The position numbers were made by a program, and so were the translations under genes. DNA of 50,487 bases from an uncultured Acetobacteraceae bacterium (lineage in GTDB: Bacteria > Pseudomonadota > Alphaproteobacteria > Acetobacterales > Acetobacteraceae). The notes under the pieces are model-generated. The model was not told the DNA's origin. It worked only from the letters and a program-made list of their open reading frames with translations, and did not search any database. Location of the stretch: assembly GCA_937858325.1 (NCBI GenBank), contig CALMAB010000489.1, positions 1 to 50,487 on the forward strand, in the 5' to 3' direction. The number at the start of each line of letters is the position of its first letter. The first letter of the stretch is position 1. This document shows positions 7,945 to 17,511 of the stretch, in pieces.

Positions 7945-8730
7945 ATGCTGGCACCCGCCGTCGTACCTCCATTCCTTGCCGCCCGCGGCATCTCGAAGCG
8001 GTTTGGCGCGCTCACGGCCTTGTCCGGGATCGACCTCGACATAAGGGCCGGCGAGGTGCTGGCCCTACTGGGCGACAACGGGGCGGGCAAGTCCACCTTC
8101 ATCAAGATCGTGGCAGGCGCTCATGAGCCGAGCGGCGGCGAGCTTCTGCTCGACGGCATGCCCGTGACGTTCGCGACGCCGCAGGACGCAACCGATCACG
8201 GCATCGCCACAATCTTCCAGGAGCTTGCTCTTTCGGAAAACCTGTCGATCGCCGAGAACGTGTTTCTCGGCCGCGAGTTGGTGATCCGGGTGGCGGGGCT
8301 GCCCTTTCTGCGGCGGAGCGTGATGAGGGCCCGGGTCGCTGCGCTCCTTCACGAGCTTGACGCCCACGTCGCAGACCCGGATGCCCCAGTCGGCAGCCTG
8401 TCCGGGGGCCAGCGACAGGCCGTCGCGATCTGCCGCGCCCTCAATCTCGAAGCGCGCCTCGTCATCATGGACGAGCCGACGGCCGCCCTGGCTGTGGCCG
8501 AAACCCGCAAGGTTCTCAGCCTCGTGCGCCGCCTCGCCGAACGCGGCTGTGCGGTGGTGCTCATCTCCCACAACCTCCTCGACGTGTTCGAGGTCGCCGA
8601 CCGCATGGCGGTGTTCCGCCGGGGACGGAAGATTGCCGAGCGGCGGCGCGACGACACGACTCCCGAAGAGATCGTTTCCCTGATCACGGGCGCCCATCCC
8701 GACGCGCGGGCCCTCGAGATCACCGCATGA
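7945..8730 (+). CDS. Sugar (CUT2) ABC transporter ATP-binding protein, single NBD
   Basis: GDNGAGKST, LSGGQRQ, IMDEPTAAL, ISH. Confidence 0.93.
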   Translation: MLAPAVVPPFLAARGISKRFGALTALSGIDLDIRAGEVLALLGDNGAGKSTFIKIVAGAHEPSGGELLLDGMPVTFATPQDATDHGIATIFQELALSENLSIAENVFLGRELVIRVAGLPFLRRSVMRARVAALLHELDAHVADPDAPVGSLSGGQRQAVAICRALNLEARLVIMDEPTAALAVAETRKVLSLVRRLAERGCAVVLISHNLLDVFEVADRMAVFRRGRKIAERRRDDTTPEEIVSLITGAHPDARALEITA

Positions 8731-8764
8731 CCGAAGCGCGCCGCTCTGAGGAGAGACCAAATCA

Positions 8765-9757
8765 ATGATGTCGAAGTGCCTCGGTTCTCTGCTGGCGGGC
8801 ACCGCCCTGCTAACGGTCGCTTCGCTTCCGGTCCGCGCTGCCGACGAACGCAACAGCGTCGCCTTCGTGCCGCAGCTCGTGGGCATTCCATACTTCGACG
8901 CCATGGAAGCGGGGGGCAAGAAGGCCGCAGACGCATTGGGGGTGAAGTTAATCTACTCCGGGCCGGTCGATACGAACCCGATCGACCAGCTACAGATCGT
9001 TCAGAACCTCGTCGACCAAGGCGTTGGCGCCGTGTCGGTCAGCGTGCTGGATGCCTCGAGCATCGCGCCGGTCGTCGAGGCCGCCAAGGCCAAGGGGGTG
9101 AAGCTTTTTACCGCCGACAGCGATGCGCCGAAATCCGGCCGGGCCGTTTATGTGGCCCAAGCCACCGACGAAGGGCTCGGCTTCGCGATCGTCGATGAAC
9201 TCGTCAAGCGCGTCGGAGCCGACGCCAAGGTCGGCATCGTGTCGGGCGAGGCGACGGCGTCCAACCTGAACGCCTGGATCGGCTTCATGCAGCAGCGCGC
9301 CAAAGACAAATACCCGAAGCTCACCTTGCTCGCCCCCCAGTTTTCTGGCGGCACGGCGGAACGGGCCGCGCAGATCGCCGGCGACCTCATGACGGCCAAT
9401 CCTGACCTCAAGGCCCTGATCGGCGTCGCCTCGACGACCTGCCCGGGCGTCGCGCAGGCGATCGAGACCGCGGGCAAGATCGGCAAGGTCGTCGGCACCG
9501 GCTATTGCAGCCCCAACACCGCGCGGAACTACCTCAAGAGCGGCGCCTTCGGGTTCAGCGTGCTGTGGGACCCATCAGAACTCGGCTACCTGACCGTGTG
9601 GGCCGGCAAGCAACTCATCGACGGCAAGGCGTTCGAGGCCAGCACCATGGTACCGGGCCTGCCGCACCCGGTGAGCTACGACCAAGCGACGGGCGTGCTG
9701 CTGCTTGGTGAACCGACGGTGTTCACGGCCGAGAACGTCGACAAGTACAGGTTCTGA
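8765..9757 (+). CDS. Sugar ABC substrate-binding protein, LsrB/RhaS-like
   Basis: Signal peptide; VAFVPQLVGIPYF, FTADSD and LWDPSELGY motifs of the LsrB/RhaS subgroup. Confidence 0.9.
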   Translation: MMSKCLGSLLAGTALLTVASLPVRAADERNSVAFVPQLVGIPYFDAMEAGGKKAADALGVKLIYSGPVDTNPIDQLQIVQNLVDQGVGAVSVSVLDASSIAPVVEAAKAKGVKLFTADSDAPKSGRAVYVAQATDEGLGFAIVDELVKRVGADAKVGIVSGEATASNLNAWIGFMQQRAKDKYPKLTLLAPQFSGGTAERAAQIAGDLMTANPDLKALIGVASTTCPGVAQAIETAGKIGKVVGTGYCSPNTARNYLKSGAFGFSVLWDPSELGYLTVWAGKQLIDGKAFEASTMVPGLPHPVSYDQATGVLLLGEPTVFTAENVDKYRF

Positions 9758-9763
9758 CCGGCT

Positions 9764-10735
9764 TTGCCACCGGGTTTTCCGGTGCTGGGCATTGGAACGC
9801 GCGAATTAGTCCTGCTTCTTGCCTGCCTGCTCGCAGCGATGGTGTTCGCTGTCGTGTCGCCCAATTTCGCCACAGCCGACAACCTTCTCACAGTGCTGCG
9901 CAACAGCAATGAGTTGATGCTTGTCGGCCTTGGAATGACGCTGCTGCTCGCCATGGGCGGCATCGATGTCTCGGTCGGCATGGTGATGGGTCTCGCGGCC
10001 ATCGCGGTCGGCCGCCTTCTGCTGGCCGGCTGGCCGCCGCTTCCGGCCGGGCTTGCGGGGCCGCTGGCCGGCGGGGCGCTGGGGTTTGTCACGGCCTCCG
10101 TCGTCGTGATCGGCGGGGTTCCCGCGATCGTGGGAACGCTGGGTTTGCTGGGCGTTTACCGGGCCGCTATCTTTCTCGTGCTCGGCGGCTCCTGGCTGTC
10201 CGGTCTTCCGAGCGGCTTGACCGATCTCCTCGGCGCCCGGCCGGCCGGCATCCCGTTGACGCTTATTGTGATCGGCGTGGCCTACGGCCTGATCTGGATG
10301 GCGCTTCGCCGTATGCCCTACGGGGTGCACCTCCTCAGCATCGGCAACGCCGAGGAGCGTGCCCGCCTCTCGGGCGTCGCGGTCAAACGCACGCGATTCG
10401 TCACGTTCGTGCTCAACGGGACCCTGTGCGGGCTGGCGGCTGCGTTCTACGTCGCCACATATCGCAACGTGGCCACGACGGTTGGCGGAACCCTGGCGCT
10501 GGAGGCGGTGGCGGCTGCGGTGCTTGGCGGAACGAGCGTGACCGGCGGGTCCTGCAGCCTGCTCGGGACTGCGCTCGGCGTGATCCTGCTGCGGCTGGTG
10601 CAGAACGGCTTTCTGCTCGTGGGCGTGCCCTCCCTTTGGCAATCGGTGGTGACGGGCGGGCTGCTGCTCGCGGTGGTCGGCTTTGAGGCCGTGCAGGGAC
10701 GATTGGCCCTGCCACGATGGGCGACACGGACGTGA
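9764..10735 (+). CDS. Sugar ABC permease (LsrC/RbsC type); start uncertain
   Basis: Hydrophobic; GGIDVSVG, IGNAEERARLSGV and AAAVLGGTS motifs. Confidence 0.9.
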   Translation: MPPGFPVLGIGTRELVLLLACLLAAMVFAVVSPNFATADNLLTVLRNSNELMLVGLGMTLLLAMGGIDVSVGMVMGLAAIAVGRLLLAGWPPLPAGLAGPLAGGALGFVTASVVVIGGVPAIVGTLGLLGVYRAAIFLVLGGSWLSGLPSGLTDLLGARPAGIPLTLIVIGVAYGLIWMALRRMPYGVHLLSIGNAEERARLSGVAVKRTRFVTFVLNGTLCGLAAAFYVATYRNVATTVGGTLALEAVAAAVLGGTSVTGGSCSLLGTALGVILLRLVQNGFLLVGVPSLWQSVVTGGLLLAVVGFEAVQGRLALPRWATRT

Positions 10736-11685
10736 GGGCTCTGCTGAGGCCGGGCCGATCGCCCACGCTGGGCATCTTGGGCGCCCTTTGGATCATCGTC
10801 GTCGCCGGCCTGCTCGGCTTGAAGCCGGGCGCCTTCACGCTTGCGACCGTCACGACCGTGCTGCAATTCTCCACCCTGCTGGCGCTCGTGGCACTCGGCC
10901 AGAGCCTCGTCGTGCTGTGCGGCGGCGCCGGCATCGACCTTTCGGTCGGCGGCATCGCCTCATTGACCGCGGTCGGCGCCCTGCTGGCCGCACGGGCCGG
11001 TATGCCGCCTTGGCTCGTGCCCCCGGCCTGCCTGCTGATCGGGACTGCGCTTGGCGCCCTCAACGGCGCGGCCGTGACGCGGCTCCGGGTCCTGCCCCTG
11101 ATCGCGACGCTGGCAACGTTCTACGCCTATTCGGGGCTGGCAGTGGCCTTGACCAATGGCGCGGCCCTGAGCGGCGTGCCAACCTGGCTGATCCCGTGGG
11201 GTCGCGGCGTGCTGGGAGGCGTTCCACTGCCCTTTCTCACCGTCGCGCTGCCGGCGTTCGTCGTAAGTGGCGTGTTGCTAACTGCGACATCCTGGGGCCG
11301 CTGGGTTTACGCGCTCGGCCACAATGAGCGGTCGGCGCGGCTTGTCGGCATTCCGGTCGACCGCGTCCGACGGATTGCCTACACGGTCAGCGGAGCTCTT
11401 GCCGGGACGGCCGCCCTCGTCTCGCTGGCCTGGCTCGGCAGCGGGCGCCCGAACATCGGCCAGAACCTCGAACTGACCTCGCTCACGGCCGCCATGCTCG
11501 GCGGGATCGGCATCTTCGGCGGCAAGGGCGGCGTCGCCGGCGTGCTGGCCGCCGTGCTGCTGCTCGTCACGCTGCAGACAGGCTTGTTGCAGCTCAACGT
11601 GAACAGCGTCTGGCAGGTCGGGATCATCGGCGCCCTGCTCATCGGCGTCCTGCTCATCGACCGTTTCTCGGCACGCTGGCGATAG
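10717..11685 (+). CDS. Sugar ABC permease (LsrD/RbsC type)
   Basis: GIDLSVG, LGHNERSARLVGI and AAMLGG motifs. Confidence 0.9.
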   Translation: MGDTDVRALLRPGRSPTLGILGALWIIVVAGLLGLKPGAFTLATVTTVLQFSTLLALVALGQSLVVLCGGAGIDLSVGGIASLTAVGALLAARAGMPPWLVPPACLLIGTALGALNGAAVTRLRVLPLIATLATFYAYSGLAVALTNGAALSGVPTWLIPWGRGVLGGVPLPFLTVALPAFVVSGVLLTATSWGRWVYALGHNERSARLVGIPVDRVRRIAYTVSGALAGTAALVSLAWLGSGRPNIGQNLELTSLTAAMLGGIGIFGGKGGVAGVLAAVLLLVTLQTGLLQLNVNSVWQVGIIGALLIGVLLIDRFSARWR

Positions 11686-11716
11686 CGGGTCGGACGTTCA
11701 CGAGATGGCTAAAAGG

Positions 11717-12640
11717 TCAGGCGGCCGTCGAGATGCCGTCCAGCACGGCCCGCAGCCGCCCATCCCGCTCGACAGGATCGGGGCGCTCTGTTTCAAGTGC
11801 GCCACAAGCTTCGATCACGTAGGAGGCCGAGACTGTCCCCATGGCAGCGCATTCGGCAAGCGGTCGGCCTGCTACAAGGCCAGCCAGAAAGCCGCCGCAA
11901 TAGCCATCACCCGCACCCGTGGTGTCGATCACCTGCGCCGGAAAGGCGGGGACGCGGGTCAACGCGCCGGATCGTGCGTCGCAGACAATCGAGCCTTGCT
12001 CGCCGAGCTTGACGCCCACGTGGCAGGCGTGGGCCGATGCCAGTGCGCGCAGCCAAGCGTGCAGATCGGTCGGCTTCCAGATCCGGGCTACCTCGGCCTC
12101 GCTCGGCAAAAAGGCCGTCACGTTGGCGAGGAAACCGGGGTCGGCGTAGAGACGGCGGTCGATGAACTCGTCGGACAGGAGATCAAGCGTGACGATCGGC
12201 TTGCCCGGCAACGCGCCAAGGCGGCGCGCATTCTCGATCGAGCCGGCCGGGCTTTGCGGCGCGATGTGGAAGCCGCGGGCTTCCGCGTAGGCGGCCGGCA
12301 TGGGGCCGCGTCCCCGATCCATTTCATCCGCGCTGGAGGAGGTGAGCTTGGGGACCTGCTGCTTGTCAGCCGCCGTTTCGTGGAGCAGCCAGAGCTGCAG
12401 CCCATTGCCCGCGATGGCGCCGATCCCCTCCGTGTCCAGTCCCCGCCGCTTAATGGCGTCGCGAACCCTGTCGAGGAACGGGCGGCCGGTCACCGAGTGA
12501 ACTCCGACCGTCGCGGCCCAGATCGAAGCGCCGATGGCCGAGTAAAGCGCGCCGCCGCCGAGCACGTTGGGCCGGCAGCGATGGTCCGTCAGCACGATGT
12601 CGTCCATCGTGAGCCAGCCGATCGTGACCACGTCCATCAT
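11717..12640 (-). CDS. PfkB-family carbohydrate kinase
   Basis: LGGGALYSA N-terminal motif and DTTGAGDGYCGGF PfkB signature. Confidence 0.92.
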   Translation of the reverse strand: MMDVVTIGWLTMDDIVLTDHRCRPNVLGGGALYSAIGASIWAATVGVHSVTGRPFLDRVRDAIKRRGLDTEGIGAIAGNGLQLWLLHETAADKQQVPKLTSSSADEMDRGRGPMPAAYAEARGFHIAPQSPAGSIENARRLGALPGKPIVTLDLLSDEFIDRRLYADPGFLANVTAFLPSEAEVARIWKPTDLHAWLRALASAHACHVGVKLGEQGSIVCDARSGALTRVPAFPAQVIDTTGAGDGYCGGFLAGLVAGRPLAECAAMGTVSASYVIEACGALETERPDPVERDGRLRAVLDGISTAA

Positions 12641-13821
12641 GGGTCGCCGCCGAGCAGCGCGCGGCGACGCGCCGTGAACCAGGGCCGCAGCGTCGCCATG
12701 TAGACCAGCGTCTTGGCGAGTTGAACCACGTCGTCGAGGTGCGCGCGCGGCTCGCCGCGATCGAAGTGACGGTTGAAGCCGGGAAAGCCGAGCAGCAGGA
12801 TGTTCGGCGTCTTCAGCATCACGCTGACATCGTCGCTGCGGGACGAATACGCGTTGTTGGACTCCTGGACGCGAACATCAAGCTCGCTGAGCAGCCCCGC
12901 CGCGTGCCGGGCAAGGGCATAAAGGTCGGGTGGGGTCACGGCGCCGCGCGCGAAACTCGAGTACTCCGCCAGCACGGCTCCGGCCCCGAGCCTCGTTGAG
13001 TTCACGACGCCGCCCCGGGCGTCCGCATCAGGGTCTCCCCCGCCCTGCTGGACATCGGCGACGATTGCCAGTTCCGGGACGGGCAGGAGGTTCACGAGCC
13101 GGCTGCTGCCGCGCCCCATCATCTGATTGCCGGGAGCGACCGGCCCTTCCTCCTCGTCCGGAAAGGCCAGCATGGCTTCGACCCCCGCATGACCCAAAAC
13201 CGGCGCCGCGATCGCCAGGGCCGCGACTCCGCCCGCGTTGTCCATCGGCCCGGTGAACAACCCTGAGGCCGGGTCCTCGCGATAAGACGAGACCATGACG
13301 ATGCGGTCGCCCGGCCGCAACGGCGGGGCCGAGGCATCCGGCCGAAAGAAGGGCGCACCGGCATAAGACTCAAGTTGTCCGTCAGCCACGACCGCAACGG
13401 CGTTCCGCAAGACGTCGTATCGGTAGGCCTGAGCGCGCCGCATGCCGTCCGCAATCATATGGGCGCAGAACGGCACGAGCGGGTAGCATCCGCCGTCTCT
13501 TGGCTGGACCAGGTAGCTGATCGTGTCGAGGTGGGCGAAATACCAGAGCGGCTTGCTGGCCCCCGGCGATCCCGTGAGGATCACGGAGCTGCCAGTTCGG
13601 CCGAAATCCGCGTGGAAGTGGAGGCGGCCGGTTCCGAGCGCGCCGTCCTCTTCGAGCAGGCGCCGGAGCGCCGGCACCCGCATGGGGCCAGCCAGCGTGG
13701 AAGGCGCGGGCGTGTCGGCCAAGATCGAAAGGTAGCGGCGCACGCGCTCGCGCGTGATGTGCCGTTCCACGTCGTCACGCAGGGCGTGCAGCGTGGGGCG
13801 CAGGCCGTCGAGGCCGCTCAT
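12637..13821 (-). CDS. M42/M28-like binuclear zinc metallohydrolase (SgcX/FrvX-like)
   Basis: AHLDT, MDNAGG, DEEEG, VADV and RHF...HLDDV place the expected metal ligands in M42 order. Confidence 0.75.
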   Translation of the reverse strand: MSGLDGLRPTLHALRDDVERHITRERVRRYLSILADTPAPSTLAGPMRVPALRRLLEEDGALGTGRLHFHADFGRTGSSVILTGSPGASKPLWYFAHLDTISYLVQPRDGGCYPLVPFCAHMIADGMRRAQAYRYDVLRNAVAVVADGQLESYAGAPFFRPDASAPPLRPGDRIVMVSSYREDPASGLFTGPMDNAGGVAALAIAAPVLGHAGVEAMLAFPDEEEGPVAPGNQMMGRGSSRLVNLLPVPELAIVADVQQGGGDPDADARGGVVNSTRLGAGAVLAEYSSFARGAVTPPDLYALARHAAGLLSELDVRVQESNNAYSSRSDDVSVMLKTPNILLLGFPGFNRHFDRGEPRAHLDDVVQLAKTLVYMATLRPWFTARRRALLGGDP

Positions 13822-14783
13822 GTCCGGCGGCTCATGATGAACACGGCAACAACGATCAACGCGCCTTTGAATAGCTGCTGCACGAATGGATCAACACCCG
13901 TCAGGTTCAGGATGTTGGCCAGCACGCCGATGATCAGCGTGCCAAGGAACGTGCCGGCGACCGACCCCTTGCCGCCGAACAGCGAGGTTCCCCCCACTAC
14001 CACGGCCGCGATGGCGTCGAGCTCGTAGCCCTGGCCGGCAATCGGCGTGCCGATGCTGAGCTGGGAGGTATAGAGCAGGCCGGCCAGCCCCGACATCAGG
14101 CCCGAGATCGCATAGACGATCGTCTTGTAAAGCCGCACCGGAACGCCCGAAAGGCGCGCGGCCTCCTCGTTCGAGCCGATCGCGTAAACGGAGCGGCCGA
14201 ACGGCGTCAGCCCCAGGAGGAAGCCGCTCACGATGAGGGCGACGAGCAGGACCAAGGCAGGGATCGGGACGCCGAGAAGGTAGCCGTTCCCGAGGACGTA
14301 AAAGTCCTCGTTGAGGATCGGGATGGGCGTGCCGCCCGTGTAGATGAAGGCGAGGCCGCGCGCGAAGGACAACATGCCGAGCGTCATGATGAAGGCCGGC
14401 AAACCCGCATAGGCGATGCCGATGCCGTTGACGAGGCCGGCCAGGGCGGCCGCGCCAAGGCCGAGCGGGAGCGCGACCGCCGTGCCACGGCTGTCCATCG
14501 AGCCGGCGAAGAGCACCACTGCCACGCCCAGCAGCGAGCCGACCGAAAGGTCGATCCCGCGCGTCAGGATCACGAAGGTCATCCCGGTCGCCAGAACCCC
14601 GACGATCGAGACCTGGCGCAGGACATTGAGCAGGTTCGGCACCGTGAAGAAGCGCGGTGACAGCAACGAAGCCATGATGACGAGCAGCACCAAGGCAGCC
14701 AGAACCCCAACACGCTGCCACCCGCGCGTGAGCGTCGCGATGTGGCGGCGGGACCTCGACGCCGTGAGCGCGTCAGGCGGCAA
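13818..14783 (-). CDS. Sugar ABC permease (RbsC family)
   Basis: GIDLSVGS, IGSNEEAARLSGV, YELDAIAAVVVGGTSLFGG. Confidence 0.93.
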   Translation of the reverse strand: MPPDALTASRSRRHIATLTRGWQRVGVLAALVLLVIMASLLSPRFFTVPNLLNVLRQVSIVGVLATGMTFVILTRGIDLSVGSLLGVAVVLFAGSMDSRGTAVALPLGLGAAALAGLVNGIGIAYAGLPAFIMTLGMLSFARGLAFIYTGGTPIPILNEDFYVLGNGYLLGVPIPALVLLVALIVSGFLLGLTPFGRSVYAIGSNEEAARLSGVPVRLYKTIVYAISGLMSGLAGLLYTSQLSIGTPIAGQGYELDAIAAVVVGGTSLFGGKGSVAGTFLGTLIIGVLANILNLTGVDPFVQQLFKGALIVVAVFIMSRRT

Positions 14784-16284
14784 GGGCAGCAGCCTTCATG
14801 ATGGTGCGTTCCGTGGCCTCGGCGCGCGCGAGGGTCGCAGCGACCCGACCGCGCCGCAGAACCACGACCCGGTCAGGAAGCCGCAGTATCTCTTCCATCT
14901 CGGACGAGATGAGGAGAACCGCCATGCCCTCGGAGACGAGCCGCTCAATCAGGCGATAGATCTCCTGCTTGGCCCCGATATCGACGCCGCGCGTCGGCTC
15001 GTCGAGGATGAGGATGCGGGGGCCGACCGTGAGGGCGCGGCCGATCAGCACCTTCTGCTGGTTGCCTCCGCTCAGCGTGCGGATCTCGACGCCGGGCCCG
15101 GCGAGCCGGACATCGAGACCCTTGACCAGATCCCGCACGTGCTTGGCTTCGGCGGAAAGGCTGAGGATACCTGCTTTCGCGAAGCGGCGCAGGTTCGAGA
15201 TCGTGGCATTCTCCCGGACGGGACGGTTGGGCAGCAGCCCCTGCGCCTTGCGGTCCTCGGTCACGTAAGCGATCCCGAGGCGGGCCGCGGCATTCGGACT
15301 GCGGATCGTCACCGGCTTGCCGAAGAGCGTGATGCTGCCGGCGCTGGGACGGCTCAAGCCGACGACCGCGCGCGCGACTTCGGAGCGGCCCGCACCGACG
15401 AGGCCGGCCAGCCCCACGATCTCGCCTTCTCTGACCGTGAGGCTGACATCCGTGAACTCGCCCGGCACTGTCAGGCCGTCCACCTGAAGGGCAGAGCGAC
15501 CAAATCGGCAGAGGTGGGGCGAATGGGCCGGGAAATCGCGGCCGATCATGCAACCGACGAGCCAGTCCTGATCGATCTCGGCGACCCGTGCGCTGCCCGC
15601 GACACGCCCGTCTCGCAGCACGGTGACCCGATCCGCGATGCGCAAGACTTCCTCGAGGTGATGAGAGATGAAGACTATGCCTAGCCCCTGGCTGCGCAGC
15701 CGCTGTACCGTGCCGAACAGCGTGGCGACGCGCTGCTCGTCAAGCACGGCAGTGGGCTCGTCGAGCACCAGGACCCGGGGCTCGACCGAAATGGCCTTGG
15801 CGATCTCGACCATCTGCTGTTGCGCGATGCTCAGGGTTCCAACCGGGCGGTCCGGGTCGATCGCGACGGCGAGTTGGTCGAACAGCGCGGCGGCGCGCGT
15901 TCGCATGGCGCGCCGGTCCACGGTGCCGAGCACCGTGCAGGGAAACCGGCCGAGAAAGATGTTCTCCTCGGCCGAGAGGTCGGGCGCGAGCGACAGTTCC
16001 TGGTGGATCACCACGATGCCGGCCACCAGCGCATCGCGCGGGGAGCGCAAGCGGCGCGGAACTCCGCCGACGCTCACCTCGCCCGCGTCGGGCTGGTGCA
16101 CGCCACCCAGGATCTTGATCAGGGTGGACTTTCCCGCCCCGTTCTCCCCCACGATGGCGTGGACCTCGCCGACCCGAACGGCCAGGTCGACGTTTGACAG
16201 CACCATGTTGCCCACGAACGATTTTCCCACCCCCTTGGCGCGGAGAAGCACATTGGGGTCGTCATCGTCGGGAGTGGGCCTCAC
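14773..16284 (-). CDS. Sugar ABC ATP-binding protein, two NBDs (RbsA family)
   Basis: GENGAGKST, LSIAQQQMVEIAK, GLVGAGRSE, LSGGNQQKV, DEPTRGVDIGAK. Confidence 0.95.
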   Translation of the reverse strand: MRPTPDDDDPNVLLRAKGVGKSFVGNMVLSNVDLAVRVGEVHAIVGENGAGKSTLIKILGGVHQPDAGEVSVGGVPRRLRSPRDALVAGIVVIHQELSLAPDLSAEENIFLGRFPCTVLGTVDRRAMRTRAAALFDQLAVAIDPDRPVGTLSIAQQQMVEIAKAISVEPRVLVLDEPTAVLDEQRVATLFGTVQRLRSQGLGIVFISHHLEEVLRIADRVTVLRDGRVAGSARVAEIDQDWLVGCMIGRDFPAHSPHLCRFGRSALQVDGLTVPGEFTDVSLTVREGEIVGLAGLVGAGRSEVARAVVGLSRPSAGSITLFGKPVTIRSPNAAARLGIAYVTEDRKAQGLLPNRPVRENATISNLRRFAKAGILSLSAEAKHVRDLVKGLDVRLAGPGVEIRTLSGGNQQKVLIGRALTVGPRILILDEPTRGVDIGAKQEIYRLIERLVSEGMAVLLISSEMEEILRLPDRVVVLRRGRVAATLARAEATERTIMKAAALAA

Positions 16285-16296
16285 GGATGCCGGGCC

Positions 16297-17403
16297 TTAT
16301 TTCTTGCAAGGGTCCGGCGTCGGCTCGAAGTCGCCCCAGCCACGCCCGATCCACTGGTCGGCGTTGCCTGCCACCACGGTTGGGCTGTCAGGCAGCACAA
16401 GCTGGCGTCCGGGGAACTTGTAAGACGCCTCGCCGGGGATCGGCTTTTTCATCAGCTTGTGGAGCGCTGCGCGCAGGCCGATGTCGGCGATGAAGGGCGT
16501 GTAGTTGCCGTCTGCCTGAAACGCGCCCGCCTTCACGGCCTTGAAGCCGGCGTTCGACCCGTCGAACGTGTATTGTCTGATTCCGTCCTTGCAGCGGTTG
16601 GCCCGCGCGACGGCGAGTTGCGCGCCCCATGACGACTCCTCGGCATGGGAGAAGACGGCGTCGATCTTCGGATAGGCGGTCAGGAAATCTTCCATGATCG
16701 GCACGGCCGGATCGCGGATCCACTGGCCGTCACCGGTCGCCAAAACCTTGATGCCGGGATACTTGGCGAGCACGTTCTTCATGCCCTGATCCCGGTCAAC
16801 CGCCGGAGACGAGCCCTTGAGGCCGGTGATCACCACGATGTTGCCCTGGCCGCCGAGATCCTTGGCCATCTTCTCGGCCACGCCCTCGCCCATGGTGACG
16901 TTGCTTTGCCCGATGAACAGCGTCTTGTCGGTCGGCACGTCGCGATCCATCACGATCAATGGGACGTTGGCGGCCATCACGGCGCGGGCTGCGGGAACGA
17001 GAGCCGCGGATTCCACGGGACTCAGCAGCACCGCATCGACGCCGCGCGCGAGGAGATCCCGCACATCGTTGCTCTGCTTGGCAACATCGACATTGCCGTC
17101 GAGCACGACCAGCTTAATGTTGGGATGACGGCAGGTCTCGGCTTGAAGCGCCGCCAGCATGGCGACGCGCCAGGGATGATTGAACGCGGTCTGCGAGAAG
17201 CCGATCGTCAGATCGCCTGACTTGCCGGGGACGCTGACCGGGCCCTCGGCGATAGGGAGAACCTCGGTAAACGGCAGGGATTTGTAGAAGGACAGGAGTT
17301 CCGTACAGGTTTTCTGCGTCACGGGCTGCTTGTCCTCGGCCCAGGCCGGCGTCGATGCGGCGAGCGCCGCAACGGCGAATGCGAAACCAAACCGCCTTAA
17401 CAT
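16297..17403 (-). CDS. Sugar ABC substrate-binding protein
   Basis: Start MLRRFGFAF with GGAGG RBS; signal peptide; IGFSQ...HPWR and VMDRD Peripla_BP motifs. Confidence 0.9.
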   Translation of the reverse strand: MLRRFGFAFAVAALAASTPAWAEDKQPVTQKTCTELLSFYKSLPFTEVLPIAEGPVSVPGKSGDLTIGFSQTAFNHPWRVAMLAALQAETCRHPNIKLVVLDGNVDVAKQSNDVRDLLARGVDAVLLSPVESAALVPAARAVMAANVPLIVMDRDVPTDKTLFIGQSNVTMGEGVAEKMAKDLGGQGNIVVITGLKGSSPAVDRDQGMKNVLAKYPGIKVLATGDGQWIRDPAVPIMEDFLTAYPKIDAVFSHAEESSWGAQLAVARANRCKDGIRQYTFDGSNAGFKAVKAGAFQADGNYTPFIADIGLRAALHKLMKKPIPGEASYKFPGRQLVLPDSPTVVAGNADQWIGRGWGDFEPTPDPCKK

Positions 17404-17511
17404 GACCAACCTCCGCCTGTTGTTTGATGGATGGGCCTCGTTGCAATCACCTCGGACCACAGGCGAAGCGGCGCGATCGAATCCGGCGGCATGTCGGCGC
17501 AACCGGAAGCA

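Noticed and set aside
7945-11685. AI-2 (Lsr) quorum-sensing uptake system
   Set aside because: The SBP has Q where LsrB has its ligand-binding Lys (VPQL versus IPKL) and NL where LsrB has DQ, and no lsrK/F/G/R genes are present. A sugar transporter is more likely.
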